Below are positions 52,559 to 62,676 of a stretch of DNA of 64,000 nt, piece after piece (the first letter of the stretch is position 1; every line of letters starts with the position of its first letter). This stretch comes from an uncultured Bacillales bacterium. Lineage in GTDB: Bacteria; Bacillota_I; Bacilli_A; RFN20; CAG-826. Made by a program: the position numbers and the translations under genes. The notes beneath the pieces are model-generated. The model had not been told where the DNA came from and did not search any database. It worked only from the letters and a program-made list of their open reading frames with translations. The stretch covers positions 603 to 64,602 of the forward strand of contig CAMUVS010000004.1 in the NCBI GenBank assembly GCA_947164155.1, read 5' to 3'.

Positions 52559-53473
52559 CTATTTTTTTAATTTTTTACTCTTTTTTGTATGCTTTTTGAA
52601 ACCCTCTCCAAATACGGCATTTGTTTGCGTATAAGTGACAAAAGCTTTAGGGTCAACAGAGGCAATATATTTCTTAATTTTTTCGTATTGGAATCGGTCA
52701 AATACCACTCTTAAAATGACGCGTTCTTCACCTTTATATCCACCTTGAGCATGAATGATTGTTGCACCTCTTTCAAGTTCATCTTGAGCGTATCTTGAGA
52801 TCTCTTCCCATTTATCAGAAATGATGTCAACTTGATAGGCAGTTTGATTTTTAATATAAACAATTTCAATTAACGCTGCAGTTACAAAACTAGACAAAAT
52901 TCCACATAATGATTGAACCCATAATTGCATTGAAAACATACCAACAAGAATAATAATTCCATCGATTATGAAACTAGAAACTGATTCTTTAATTCCAGTA
53001 TATTTCGAAAGCAATAATTGTACTACGTCAACTCCACCACTAGAACCTCCACCTAAGAATGTAATAGCGACACCTCCACCAATAAAGACACCACCGAAAA
53101 TACCACAAAGGATTAAGTTACCAGCTTCTTGATTACCCGCAAATGTAAGAGCTAAATTATCAAAAAATTGCACTCTTTTAAATAAGAATGTAAAGCCAAT
53201 ATATAAAAGTGAAGATAAGGCAGTCTTAAATGCAAAATCCTTACCTAAGAAAATTAGTCCAATAAACCAGAACAAAACAGTAAGAGCAGCAACTAAATAA
53301 TCATAAATTGCAATATCAACAAAGTGTTGAATGATAATAGCGATACCGCTAATTCCACCAGCGACTAATTCTGCTTTGGTTAAGAAAATAACAGAACCAA
53401 ATGATAGTAAGAAAGTGCCTAAAACAATAGCGACATAATTATTAACTAATTTGAGAACTCTTTTCTTATCCAT
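52559..53473 (-). CDS. YitT-family membrane protein (with a DUF2179-like C-terminal domain)
   Basis: 304 aa. Five or six TM segments plus a soluble C-terminal domain. Typical YitT layout. Confidence 0.75.
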   Translation of the reverse strand: MDKKRVLKLVNNYVAIVLGTFLLSFGSVIFLTKAELVAGGISGIAIIIQHFVDIAIYDYLVAALTVLFWFIGLIFLGKDFAFKTALSSLLYIGFTFLFKRVQFFDNLALTFAGNQEAGNLILCGIFGGVFIGGGVAITFLGGGSSGGVDVVQLLLSKYTGIKESVSSFIIDGIIILVGMFSMQLWVQSLCGILSSFVTAALIEIVYIKNQTAYQVDIISDKWEEISRYAQDELERGATIIHAQGGYKGEERVILRVVFDRFQYEKIKKYIASVDPKAFVTYTQTNAVFGEGFKKHTKKSKKLKK

Positions 53474-54570
53474 TTTTCTTAGCCTCCTGTTGTAAATATG
53501 CGTATAAGAAGTTATCTATATTACCATTCATGACAGCATTAACATCAACTTCTTCATAGTTTGTTCTATTATCTTTTACTAAGGTATAAGGGCAGAACAC
53601 ATAGGAGCGGATTTGACTTCCCCACTCAATATTTTTCTTTTCTCCCACAATAGAGTTGAGCTCATTGTTACGTTTTTCGACTTCTAGCAAGTAAAGTTTA
53701 CTTTTGAGCATCGCCATTGCGGTTTCTTTGTTAGATAATTGACTTCTTTCAACTTGGCAAGACACTACTATACCAGTAGGCAAATGAGTAATTCTAACAG
53801 CGGTTTCTACTTTGTTAACATTTTGTCCCCCTGCTCCACCACTACGATATGTATCAACTTTTAAATCAGATTCATTTATTTCGATATTAATTGAATCGTT
53901 TTGAAATTCAGGAATAACATTAACGCTAGCAAAGCTAGTATGTCTTCTTTTATTGGCATCAAAAGGAGAAATTCTTACTAATCTATGAACACCTTTTTCT
54001 CCTTTTAATAAGCCATAAGCGTGTTTTCCGGCAATTTTAATGGTGACACTTTTAATTCCTGCTTCATCTCCAACCTCGTAAGAGATAAGTTGCATCTTAA
54101 AGTGATGAGCTTCAGCGTATAAAACATACATCCTATAAAGCATATCAGCCCAATCTTGTGCTTCTGTGCCACCTGCCCCTGGATGAATTTCAATAATCGC
54201 ATTTAAATTATCAAACTCACCATTAAATAAGCGGTCTACTTCAAATTCATTAACATCTTTTTTTAAGTCATCAAAAGATTCGGATATAGATTCTAATAAT
54301 GAATCATCACCTAAATCTAATAATTCTGTTAAATCAGAATAAGTAGAGGAAATAGATTTATAGGAATCATAAATTGATCGGCATGAATTAAGTCGATTAA
54401 TAACTTCTAATGCTTCACCTCTATTATTCCAAAAATCAGGCGATTCGCTTTTAGCGGACAGTTCACTAATTTCTTTTTCTAATTTATCGAGGTCAAAGAG
54501 AAGACCCGAGTTGACGGATTTTCTCGCCAACAGCACCAAGTTCTTGTTTTAAAGCAACTAGGTCTTTCAT
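53466..54570 (-). CDS. prfB: Peptide chain release factor 2, made by a programmed +1 frameshift: join(54570..54496, 54494..53466)
   Basis: ORF0 [25 protein letters not shown] ends at CTT TGA C. The +1 frame continues DLDKLEKE... with SPF and GGQ motifs. The ATG overlaps the secA stop (TAATG). Confidence 0.9.
54492..54498 (-). promoter_or_regulatory. RF2 programmed +1 frameshift site CTT TGA C
   Basis: Canonical slippery site. A G-rich element (CTCGGG) lies 6 nt upstream. Confidence 0.85.
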
Positions 54571-57026
54571 TATTCTTTCTTCTCCTCGACTTCAGCGTCG
54601 ATTACTTCACCTTTAGCTTCAGCTGGGGCTTCTTCTACAGGTTTCTTTTCAACTTTAACATTAACAAGATTTAAGACAGCATCAACAGAGGCAATATTTA
54701 AGCATTCTCTAAACATCTTATAGCCTTCATTAACGTAATCTTGTAATGGATTAACGTTCGCATAGCTTCTTAAATGAATTCCTTCTCTTAATCTCGCCAT
54801 CGCATCGATATGTTTTGTCCAGTTTTGATCAATACATCTTAAAATGAAGTTTCTTTCAATATTTTGAGCAAGCTCTTCTGGCCATTCTGCTCTTCTTTCT
54901 AAATAGTAATCTTGAATTGCTTCACCTAAATCTGGTCCACATTCTTCAGGATAAGATTCATCAAATGCTACTGCGTTTAAAGTACCAGCTGGTAAGAATC
55001 TTGGTTCAACTTCTTTTAGTAAAAGCTCACCGCTAACTAAATTCGAATTAGATCCGACTGGAACTGCTTTTTGAGATAAAAATTCACCTGTGGTTTTAAA
55101 TACTTCATCAATAATATCTTGAATATTTTTACCTTCGATAATACGGTCACGCTTATCGTAGACAATTTGTCTTTGTTTAGCTAAAACATCATCATATTCA
55201 AGCAAGGATTTACGAGTATCGAAGTTTTGTCCTTCAATACGCTTTTGAGCAGAGGTAATAACTCCGGAGACAAGTTTAGCTTCAAGAGCTTCGTCTCCGA
55301 AGTTCTTTTCAATATAGTTACGCATATTATCTGCGGCAAATCTTACTAATAATTCATCGTCAAAAGACACATAAAATCTTGAAAAGCCTGGATCGCCTTG
55401 ACGTCCACTACGACCACGTAATTGGTTATCAATACGTCTTGATTCGTGTCTTTCTGTGCCTAAAACACACAAGCCTGAGAAGTTATAATATCCTTTTTCT
55501 TTAAGTTCTTTTTTCTTCTCTGCAGAAACTGTAGAATCAAGATTTCTAACTTCATCATCAATCTTAATGTCAGTACCACGACCTGCCATATTAGTAGCAA
55601 GAGTAATAGAGCCTTTTCTTCCAGCGTCTTTAATAATTTCCGCTTCGCGAGCGTGGTTTTTAGCATTTAACATTTCGTGTTGCAAACCAGCAGCGGTCAA
55701 TAAAGCGGATATTTCTTCCGAAGATTCAACAGAAACTGTACCAATTAAGATTGGTTGGCCAATTTCATGTCTAACTTTAACTTCTTCCACTAACGCTTTT
55801 AGCTTAGGTCCCTTGTGCGCATAAATATAATCAAGTGCATCAATACGTGCAATTGGTCTATTTGATGGAACACAAACAACACGCATGTTATAGATTTTTC
55901 TAAATTCTTCTTCTTCAGTTTTAGCGGTACCAGTCATACCTGCCATTTTCTTATATAGACGGAAGAAGTTTTGATATGTAATAGTCGCTAAAGTTGTAGT
56001 CTCTTGTTTGATTTCCACATTTTCTTTAGCTTGAACAGCTTGATGTAAACCATCACTCCATTCTCTTCCAGGAAGAACACGACCAGTAAATTGGTCAATA
56101 ATTTGAACTTGTCCTTCAGCATCAACTAAATAATCAACGTCTCTAGCCATAATATAATTGGCCTTAAGAGCGTTATGAATTCTATGAACTAAATCAGCAA
56201 ATTCAGGATCGTATAAGTTTTTAATGCCAAACATGCGGTCCGCTTTAGCGTTTCCAGCATCGGTTAAGTTAACAGTCTTGTCTTTAACATCAACAACAAA
56301 GTCGACTTCTTTCTTTAGAGCTTTAACAAATCTATCCGCAACTGTATATTGAGAGGCGCTTGCTCTAGCACCACCAGAAATAATAAGTGGAGTTCTGGAT
56401 TCATCGATTAAAATTGAGTCAGCTTCATCAACAATACAGAAGTTTAATCCTCTTAGGACTCTATTTTGCATTGATGTCGCCATGTTATCTCTAAGATAAT
56501 CAAATCCTAATTCAGAGTTAGTGGTATATGTGATATCACATAAATAAGCCTCTTTCTTCTCTGAAGTAGTTTTAGTTCTTAAGTTGACACCAACAGTTAA
56601 ACCTAAGAATCTATAAATTTGGCCCATCCAGTTCGCATCACGTTCTGATAAGTATTCGTTAACAGTAACAACGTGGACACCTTTGCCCGCTAAAGCGTTA
56701 AGATAAACCGCCATTGTTGCAGTTAAAGTTTTACCTTCACCAGTTTTCATTTCAGCAACATCACCTGAATGCAAAACTAAGCTACCAATAATTTGTACTT
56801 TGTATGGAAATTCAGCAAGTGTACGTCTTGCGGCTTCTCTTGCAACCGCAAAAGCTTCAACTTTAATATCATCTAAAGTTTTTCCGTTTGCGAGTAACTC
56901 TTTAAAATATGGAGTCTTAGCTCTTAATTCATCATCACTCAAAGCTTTCATTGTTTCTTCTAAGGCAATAACCTTATCAGCAATCTTTGAATATTTCTTT
57001 AAAGCCATCTTATCAAATAGGCCCAT
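54570..57026 (-). CDS. secA: Preprotein translocase ATPase SecA
   Basis: 818 aa. MKTGEGKTL, DEADSILIDE, TNMAGRGTDI. Confidence 0.97.
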   Translation of the reverse strand: MGLFDKMALKKYSKIADKVIALEETMKALSDDELRAKTPYFKELLANGKTLDDIKVEAFAVAREAARRTLAEFPYKVQIIGSLVLHSGDVAEMKTGEGKTLTATMAVYLNALAGKGVHVVTVNEYLSERDANWMGQIYRFLGLTVGVNLRTKTTSEKKEAYLCDITYTTNSELGFDYLRDNMATSMQNRVLRGLNFCIVDEADSILIDESRTPLIISGGARASASQYTVADRFVKALKKEVDFVVDVKDKTVNLTDAGNAKADRMFGIKNLYDPEFADLVHRIHNALKANYIMARDVDYLVDAEGQVQIIDQFTGRVLPGREWSDGLHQAVQAKENVEIKQETTTLATITYQNFFRLYKKMAGMTGTAKTEEEEFRKIYNMRVVCVPSNRPIARIDALDYIYAHKGPKLKALVEEVKVRHEIGQPILIGTVSVESSEEISALLTAAGLQHEMLNAKNHAREAEIIKDAGRKGSITLATNMAGRGTDIKIDDEVRNLDSTVSAEKKKELKEKGYYNFSGLCVLGTERHESRRIDNQLRGRSGRQGDPGFSRFYVSFDDELLVRFAADNMRNYIEKNFGDEALEAKLVSGVITSAQKRIEGQNFDTRKSLLEYDDVLAKQRQIVYDKRDRIIEGKNIQDIIDEVFKTTGEFLSQKAVPVGSNSNLVSGELLLKEVEPRFLPAGTLNAVAFDESYPEECGPDLGEAIQDYYLERRAEWPEELAQNIERNFILRCIDQNWTKHIDAMARLREGIHLRSYANVNPLQDYVNEGYKMFRECLNIASVDAVLNLVNVKVEKKPVEEAPAEAKGEVIDAEVEEKKE

Positions 57027-57124
57027 AATAACACCTCCTAGTTTTCTTTAATTAATAAAGAATGGATCACACATTCGCTAATTAATATATCATTTATGTA
57101 TTAGTATTTGCTAATACAAATTAT

Positions 57125-57766
57125 TTAATATTCATCTTTCCTTTTCATTTTGGTCTTAGCAATAACCAATATTTCGATTCTTTTTGCACCTACACTCTTT
57201 AATAATTCAATCGAAGTTAATAGAGTGCTCACAGTAGTCATAATATCATCCACTATCAGTATTTTTTTACCCTTCAATGATATTTTATTATCAATCTTTA
57301 ATACGTCTTTTATACTTCTTCTACCTTTAAAAGATTGATCAGATTGTTTATGCGCAGTTTTCTTTTTTAGAATAGGTAATTCTTTTAGTTTTAAGCTTTC
57401 ATAAATCGCCTTAACATGATTAAATCCTCTTCGTTCATCATCTATATAATAGGATGGGACAAATACAATATAATAACTATGGTATTTTAGTCTTAAATAA
57501 GTTAGATACCGATATAAAAATACATCCTTAAGTTCATAGTCGCCACAGCCCTTGAATTTATATATTAATTCTTTTATAAAATCTGTGTATTCATAGATTG
57601 ATATCCCTTTAGTATTACCAATTTTAAAAGATATAAACTTAGCGTCTAATTTAGAGAAACAATCTTCACACAATATATTCTTTTTTCTTATTAGATTATA
57701 TAAAGAATAGTCATTGATTTCTTTAAAGCATATTTTACAAAAATTATTCATTTTCCAAAGCCTCAT
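57125..57766 (-). CDS. comFC: ComF family protein (ComFC; phosphoribosyltransferase-like)
   Basis: 213 aa. N-terminal CKIC...CEDC zinc finger and the PRTase motif ILIVDDIMTT. The start may be MNNFCKIC (57751). Confidence 0.8.
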   Translation of the reverse strand: MRLWKMNNFCKICFKEINDYSLYNLIRKKNILCEDCFSKLDAKFISFKIGNTKGISIYEYTDFIKELIYKFKGCGDYELKDVFLYRYLTYLRLKYHSYYIVFVPSYYIDDERRGFNHVKAIYESLKLKELPILKKKTAHKQSDQSFKGRRSIKDVLKIDNKISLKGKKILIVDDIMTTVSTLLTSIELLKSVGAKRIEILVIAKTKMKRKDEY

Positions 57767-58901
57767 TATTCTTCATTATTTCTTTTATTGAATCCGCCAT
57801 ATCGGTCGTTACTTTTTCACATAGATATATGACTTCTCCAGAAGGTGCATCCTTTTTTCTTCCTACACGGCCTGCAATTTGAATTAATGTACCTTTTTCA
57901 TAAATTTTATGGTCACTTTGACAGATAATTACCTGCAAATCCTTAACAGTTACTCCTCTTTCAAGCACTGAAGTAGTGACTAAAAACGAATACATTTTGT
58001 TTCTAAATTCTTCTATTATTTCAGAACGTCTATTTCGCTTCGAATGAACAAAATTTCCACCCCTAATAAAAATAGAAAGAACCTTATAGATTTTTTCACA
58101 TAATTCGATGGTTGGAGAAAAGATAAATACTGGCTTATTTTGTTTCTTAAATTGTTTAATTTTTCTTATTAGATATAAATATTGTAGCAACTTATTTCTA
58201 TTAACAATTTTAGGAACAGGAAGAGGATGACGATGAAATCTAATTTCTAATCTTAGTATTTCTTTATTTTCTTCCTTAAAATGAGTGATTACCTCTTTAG
58301 ATGGGGTCGCTGACATCATTACATAATGTCCACATAAAGCTTGAAAAAACATTGAGTGCAAAATTGGATCATCTTTAAAGGGAAAAGCATCTATTTCATC
58401 TAGTATTATTAAAGAGAAATACTGTCTATATCTATATAGTTGATGAGTCGTTAATACTACAATATCTCCTTCCTTATCTTTTGTATGGCCTCCATATAGA
58501 CAAATCACTTTATTATATTTAAAAATTTCTTTTAACCTATTATGTAATTCAATTGCGACATCTCTTCTAGGCAATGCAAACGCGACTTTATCTCCACAAT
58601 TAATTGCATATTTAATTAATTGTAAACATATTTCAGTCTTCCCTGAACCGCATACCGCATAAACTAAACTATCTATTCCCTTTTTATAGTTCTCAACAAG
58701 CTTATCCGATAATAATTTCTGCTCTGGAGATAACTCATACTCTAAATAAATAGGCGCTTTCTTTGGATAAGACGGTTTATGTTCTACTTCTTCACCTTTA
58801 AAAGAAATACACCTACGGCAATAATACTTTCCGTTGAGTATTCCAATTGAATGAATATCAGTGTTTCCACAGACTGGACATTTATAGTTTTCTATATTGC
58901 A
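57744..58901 (-). CDS. comFA: ComFA-like DEAD/DEAH-box helicase; the open frame lacks a canonical in-frame start (possible frameshift at codon 2)
   Basis: The frame is open from 58901: CNIENYKCPVCGN...CRRC zinc finger, Walker A AVCGSGKTE, DEID. The track ORF starts only at an internal TTG (58574), after the Walker A. The RBS-associated ATG at 58902 is offset by 1 nt and stops after 6 codons. Confidence 0.7.
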   Translation of the reverse strand, partial: CNIENYKCPVCGNTDIHSIGILNGKYYCRRCISFKGEEVEHKPSYPKKAPIYLEYELSPEQKLLSDKLVENYKKGIDSLVYAVCGSGKTEICLQLIKYAINCGDKVAFALPRRDVAIELHNRLKEIFKYNKVICLYGGHTKDKEGDIVVLTTHQLYRYRQYFSLIILDEIDAFPFKDDPILHSMFFQALCGHYVMMSATPSKEVITHFKEENKEILRLEIRFHRHPLPVPKIVNRNKLLQYLYLIRKIKQFKKQNKPVFIFSPTIELCEKIYKVLSIFIRGGNFVHSKRNRRSEIIEEFRNKMYSFLVTTSVLERGVTVKDLQVIICQSDHKIYEKGTLIQIAGRVGRKKDAPSGEVIYLCEKVTTDMADSIKEIMKNNEALENE

Positions 58902-58931
58902 TTATCTCCTTTCTTTTGATTTAATATAGCC

Positions 58932-59005
58932 ATGGTCGTGGTCATCACTAGTTTGATGCCGACTCACAGGAAACTGTGTAGCTCCATTAACGGGGCTTTT
59001 TTATT
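58932..59005 (+). ncRNA. Candidate small RNA antisense to the comFA upstream region
   Basis: Plus-strand TTGCAT (58897-58902), 17-nt spacer, TTTAAT (58920-58925). Internal CACAG-GAAA-CTGTG hairpin. Terminator GCTCC-ATTAAC-GGGGC plus TTTTTTATTTTTTTT. Confidence 0.3.
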
Positions 59006-59017
59006 TTTTTTGCGCTT

Positions 59018-59158
59018 TTAATAATATGACTCATATATCGGGTTACTATTTTGAACCTTGATACATCTACGTCAGTAAGGTTTGCCATTAAGCATTCCGA
59101 TTGAGTGAATATCTGTATTTCCACAAATTGGGCAAGTAAATGAATTACAATTATCCAT
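59018..59158 (-). pseudogene. Diverged 5' fragment of a comFA-like gene (zinc-finger N-terminus) interrupted by TGA
   Basis: MDNCNSFTCPICGNTDIHSIGMLNGKPY*RRCIKVQ... aligns with CNIENYKCPVCGNTDIHSIGILNGKYYCRRCISFK of comFA. The TGA replaces the Cys codon. The ATG overlaps the stop of the upstream small gene (AAATGGATAA). Confidence 0.55.
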
Positions 59159-59531
59159 TTTTCTTGCCTTTCTTTTTGTGTTTTGATTTAATGATTGTGC
59201 TGGATGTTATTGTTGCACGATCATCATCTTGATGCATCTGTGTCCTTCCGGCTTTTTTTATGTCTGGATAGGATACATCGACACCATCTTTTAATTCAAT
59301 TTCAAAAAGACTAAATCTACCTTTTAAATCTCTCTTCTCTTGTTTAACAATATACAGTGTTTCATTATGTCCTTTGATTGGATTATGTTTAATTTTCCAG
59401 TTCTTTTTACCACCTGATGTTTTTGAGTGAGTAACTCTATGAAATACAAAAGTATTGCCCTCCTCATCAACAATATATGCAGGGTGATTATTTTTAAAAT
59501 ATATTCTAAAGTGCCTTCTAAATTTATTCAT
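59151..59531 (-). CDS. Small basic protein, unknown function; distant paralogue of 11018..11392
   Basis: 126 aa with RBS AAAGGAAAAG. Contains HFRIYFKNNHPAYIV...FHRVTHS...HNP. Lys-rich C-terminus. Confidence 0.5.
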   Translation of the reverse strand: MNKFRRHFRIYFKNNHPAYIVDEEGNTFVFHRVTHSKTSGGKKNWKIKHNPIKGHNETLYIVKQEKRDLKGRFSLFEIELKDGVDVSYPDIKKAGRTQMHQDDDRATITSSTIIKSKHKKKGKKNG

Positions 59532-59594
59532 ATTCTTTTCCTTTCTTAAAATTCTTTTATGATTCTTTTTTAATAGTTTTCATTTAAAACCCTT

Positions 59595-59637
59595 CATTAT
59601 ATAAAGAGTGGTTTTTTTCAAATTTTTTGCAAAAAAA
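59595..59637 (-). repeat. Copy C of the conserved upstream cassette
   Basis: CATTATATAAAGAGTGGTTTTTTTCAAATTTTTTGCAAAAAAA is oriented toward the small gene at 59531. Confidence 0.65.
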
Positions 59638-59660
59638 TATTTTTTCTTTGCACAAGCAAC

Positions 59661-59680
59661 AAAAAAAGGCCTTAAGGCCT
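59661..59680 (-). terminator. rpiB terminator
   Basis: Minus strand reads AGGCCTTAAGGCCTTTTTTT. Confidence 0.7.
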
Positions 59681-59703
59681 TCAACTAAAATAAATTTTAT
59701 AAA

Positions 59704-60141
59704 TTATTTTTCTAATTCGGAAATCATATCAACTCGAGTTTGATGTCTACCACCTTCAAATTCTGTTGATAAGAAAATATCTACTCGTCTAAGAACATCG
59801 TCTAGTTCCATAAACTTTTGGCCAAAAGAAATTACATTAGCGTCATTGTGCTGTCTCATTAATCTAGCAACTTCGTCGTTATATGCAATTCCGCATCTAA
59901 CACCTTTAATTTTATTAGCCGCCATAGAGATACCTTCTCCGCTTGTACAGACAACAACACCAAATCGACATTCTCCACTAGCGACTTTTCTAGCAACTTC
60001 AGCCCCGAATAGAGGATAATGACAGCTATCCAAAGAATATGTACCAACATCAATAACTTCGTGTCCTAATTCTTTTAAATGTTTAGCAATCGCATTTTTA
60101 TAATCTAATCCACCATGATCGCTACCAACTGCAATTTTCAT
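59704..60141 (-). CDS. rpiB: Ribose-5-phosphate isomerase B (RpiB/LacAB family)
   Basis: 145 aa. MKIAVGSDHGG...VVCTSGEGISMAANK. Confidence 0.9.
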   Translation of the reverse strand: MKIAVGSDHGGLDYKNAIAKHLKELGHEVIDVGTYSLDSCHYPLFGAEVARKVASGECRFGVVVCTSGEGISMAANKIKGVRCGIAYNDEVARLMRQHNDANVISFGQKFMELDDVLRRVDIFLSTEFEGGRHQTRVDMISELEK

Positions 60142-60153
60142 TGTTATATCCTC

Positions 60154-60747
60154 CTATAAAACGCTCAAAATATCTTTAATAGATATATGTCCTTCTCTAA
60201 TTATTCTAACTTCTTCTTTAGTTAGGTCAACTATTGTCGAAGGAACTCCTCCTTCACTTTTCCCATTTAAAATATAGCCTAATTCATTTCCAAATATTTC
60301 TTTTACTTCTAGTGAAGTAAGAGCAGGTTTTTGTCCGCTTTTATTCGCAGAAGGGACAAGTAATGGCTTATTCAAATAATTAATTAAATCTTGGACTAAT
60401 TTTAAATTTGGCACTCTGATGCCTATAACACCAGTATTGTGAGTTACATAACCAGGAACATTTTCTTTACTCATAAGTAAAACTGTTATTTCCCCAGGCA
60501 TAAATCTAGAGATGATTTTTTTATCACGAACACTAAGATAAGCGTAGTCTTCAATTTTGTTAGTTGAACCAAGCATTAAAGTGTAAGGTTTATCTTCAGG
60601 ACGTCCCTTAATCTTGTTAAGTAACTTATAAGCGACATAGTCATCATAATAAACCCCTAATCCCATTACTGTTTCAGTTGGAAAAGCGATGACTTTAGAT
60701 TCATCAAGAGCCTTTTTTGCAAGTTCAAATTCTTTAATTAAGCGCAT
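60154..60747 (-). CDS. tsaC: L-threonylcarbamoyladenylate synthase (TsaC/YwlC type)
   Basis: 197 aa. FPTETVMGLG...SANKSGQ pattern. Confidence 0.85.
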   Translation of the reverse strand: MRLIKEFELAKKALDESKVIAFPTETVMGLGVYYDDYVAYKLLNKIKGRPEDKPYTLMLGSTNKIEDYAYLSVRDKKIISRFMPGEITVLLMSKENVPGYVTHNTGVIGIRVPNLKLVQDLINYLNKPLLVPSANKSGQKPALTSLEVKEIFGNELGYILNGKSEGGVPSTIVDLTKEEVRIIREGHISIKDILSVL

Positions 60748-61600
60748 CTAATAATTCCTTGTTATTAATAATATATAAGAATCTTGTCTTCCCATACATA
60801 TCTTTATCAAATCGATAAAATAAACCACTATATTTTTCTTCTAATAAAGTAGTTAATTCTTCTTCCATATCTTCCCCAATTTCATAGGCGATTAAAAACT
60901 TACTATCGTTTAATAATTGTTTATCAATAGAGGTTAATATTTCTTCATAAAATTTAGTGACTGGTGAGGCAAATAACGCTAAGTGTGGTTCGTATTTTAA
61001 TGTCTGTTTACTAACAGTATCTTCGCTTCTAATATATGGTGGATTAGAGACAATTACAGAGATATTATTTTCATCTTTAATTGGCTCTAACATATCACCG
61101 TTTCTAAAGTCAATATCAACGTGATGTTCTTTGGCGTTAATTTTAGCAATTTCAAGCGCATTTGAGGAAATATCAGTGCAAATCACCGTGCTTTTTTGGA
61201 AATACTCTTTTAAATAAATGCCTAATATACCTGAACCAGTGCCAATATCCACTATTTTAATTTTTGGATCTTTTCCAAATAGTTTTATGATTTTAGTCAT
61301 CACTCCGACTGCAAGTTCTTCGGTTTCTTGTCGAGGGATCAAAACATCAGGAGAAACTTTATAATTGCTATTAACAAAATAAGCATATCCTAAAATATAT
61401 TGAAGCGGTTCTCCTGAGGTTAATCTTTCTATTTGATTATTAAGCTTATTTTCATCTTTAATAGACTCATCAAAATGTTTTAATAAATCAAAAAAATCTA
61501 TAAAACCACCATTATCGATTAATAGAGATTTAATAGATGTTTGGTTTAGATATTCGTTGTCTATTTTTTTAAGTTCAAAAAACTTTTCACGGTAAGTCAT
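60734..61600 (-). CDS. prmC: Release factor glutamine N5-methyltransferase PrmC (HemK)
   Basis: 288 aa. DIGTGSG SAM motif and NPPY. prfA-prmC synteny. Confidence 0.9.
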   Translation of the reverse strand: MTYREKFFELKKIDNEYLNQTSIKSLLIDNGGFIDFFDLLKHFDESIKDENKLNNQIERLTSGEPLQYILGYAYFVNSNYKVSPDVLIPRQETEELAVGVMTKIIKLFGKDPKIKIVDIGTGSGILGIYLKEYFQKSTVICTDISSNALEIAKINAKEHHVDIDFRNGDMLEPIKDENNISVIVSNPPYIRSEDTVSKQTLKYEPHLALFASPVTKFYEEILTSIDKQLLNDSKFLIAYEIGEDMEEELTTLLEEKYSGLFYRFDKDMYGKTRFLYIINNKELLDALN

Positions 61601-62676
61601 TAATTCTCACCAGCTAATTTTAAAGATTGGTCATAATGTATCAATGCTTCAATAATGGATTCTAGATCGCCTTCCATTACTCTATCTAGTTGTTGAATAG
61701 TGAATCCAATTCTATGATCAGTCACACGGTTTTGAGGATAGTTATAGGTTCTAATTTTTTCACTACGTTCACCAGTACCAATTTTAAGACGTCTTTCATT
61801 TCCGATTTCTTCTTGTTGTTTTTCAAGCATTGTAGAATACATCTTTGCTCTTAACATTTGCATAGCAATTTCTCTATTTTGAATTTGAGATTTTTCAGTT
61901 TGGCATGCAACCACAATTCCTGTAGGAATGTGAGTAATACGAACCGCGGATTCAGTTTTATTAACATTTTGTCCACCAGCGCCTTGAGAGTGATATGTAT
62001 CTACTTGTAAATCATTTGGATTAATTTCAACATCAATTTCTTCAGCTTCAGGCATAACTAATACGGTCGCGGTAGAGGTATGTATACGTCCACTTGCTTC
62101 TGTTTTAGGAACTCTTTGAACGCGATGCGCACCACTTTCAAACTTCAGTTTGGAATAAACCATTTTACCTTTAATCATAAAGGAAACTTGAGAGAATCCT
62201 CCCGCTTCAGAAGGATATTCATCTAACATTTGAATCTTCCAACCTTGGCTTTCGGCGTATCTGGTATACATTCTAAATAAATCACCAGCAAAAATATTGG
62301 CCTCATCTCCTCCAGCAGCCCCTCTAATTTCAACAATGATATTCTTATCATCATTAGGGTCTTTAGGGATGAGCATAATTTTGAGTTCTTCTTCTATTTG
62401 CTCGTTATCTTTAGTTAATCTTTTTACTTCTTCTTTACCCATTTCAGAGAGTTCTGGGTCAGAGTCATTAGCCATTTCTAATGCGCCTTTAAGATCTTCT
62501 AAATTCTTTTTATAACGATTAAAAGCCTCTACTTGAGGTTCTAAATTCGCTCTTTCCTTAGAAATATCACGAAAATGACGAATATCTTTCATCGTATTTT
62601 CATCTAATAATTCTTGATCAATTTCTTCTAAACGTTTGCAAGCAACGTTTAGTCTTTGAAACATACTTTCTTCCAT
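61600..62676 (-). CDS. prfA: Peptide chain release factor 1
   Basis: 358 aa. GGQ motif ([24 protein letters not shown]), full length with no frameshift. Confidence 0.95.
   Translation of the reverse strand: MEESMFQRLNVACKRLEEIDQELLDENTMKDIRHFRDISKERANLEPQVEAFNRYKKNLEDLKGALEMANDSDPELSEMGKEEVKRLTKDNEQIEEELKIMLIPKDPNDDKNIIVEIRGAAGGDEANIFAGDLFRMYTRYAESQGWKIQMLDEYPSEAGGFSQVSFMIKGKMVYSKLKFESGAHRVQRVPKTEASGRIHTSTATVLVMPEAEEIDVEINPNDLQVDTYHSQGAGGQNVNKTESAVRITHIPTGIVVACQTEKSQIQNREIAMQMLRAKMYSTMLEKQQEEIGNERRLKIGTGERSEKIRTYNYPQNRVTDHRIGFTIQQLDRVMEGDLESIIEALIHYDQSLKLAGEN

Noticed and set aside
59072-59074. In-frame TGA in the comFA-like fragment read as Trp (Mollicutes code 4) or selenocysteine
   Set aside because: RF2 with its TGA-dependent frameshift is present, and TGA terminates ordinary genes in this window (e.g. 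at 1321-1323). The aligned residue in comFA is Cys, but there is no SECIS-like hairpin, and a second stop follows 18 codons later. A pseudogene is the simpler reading.
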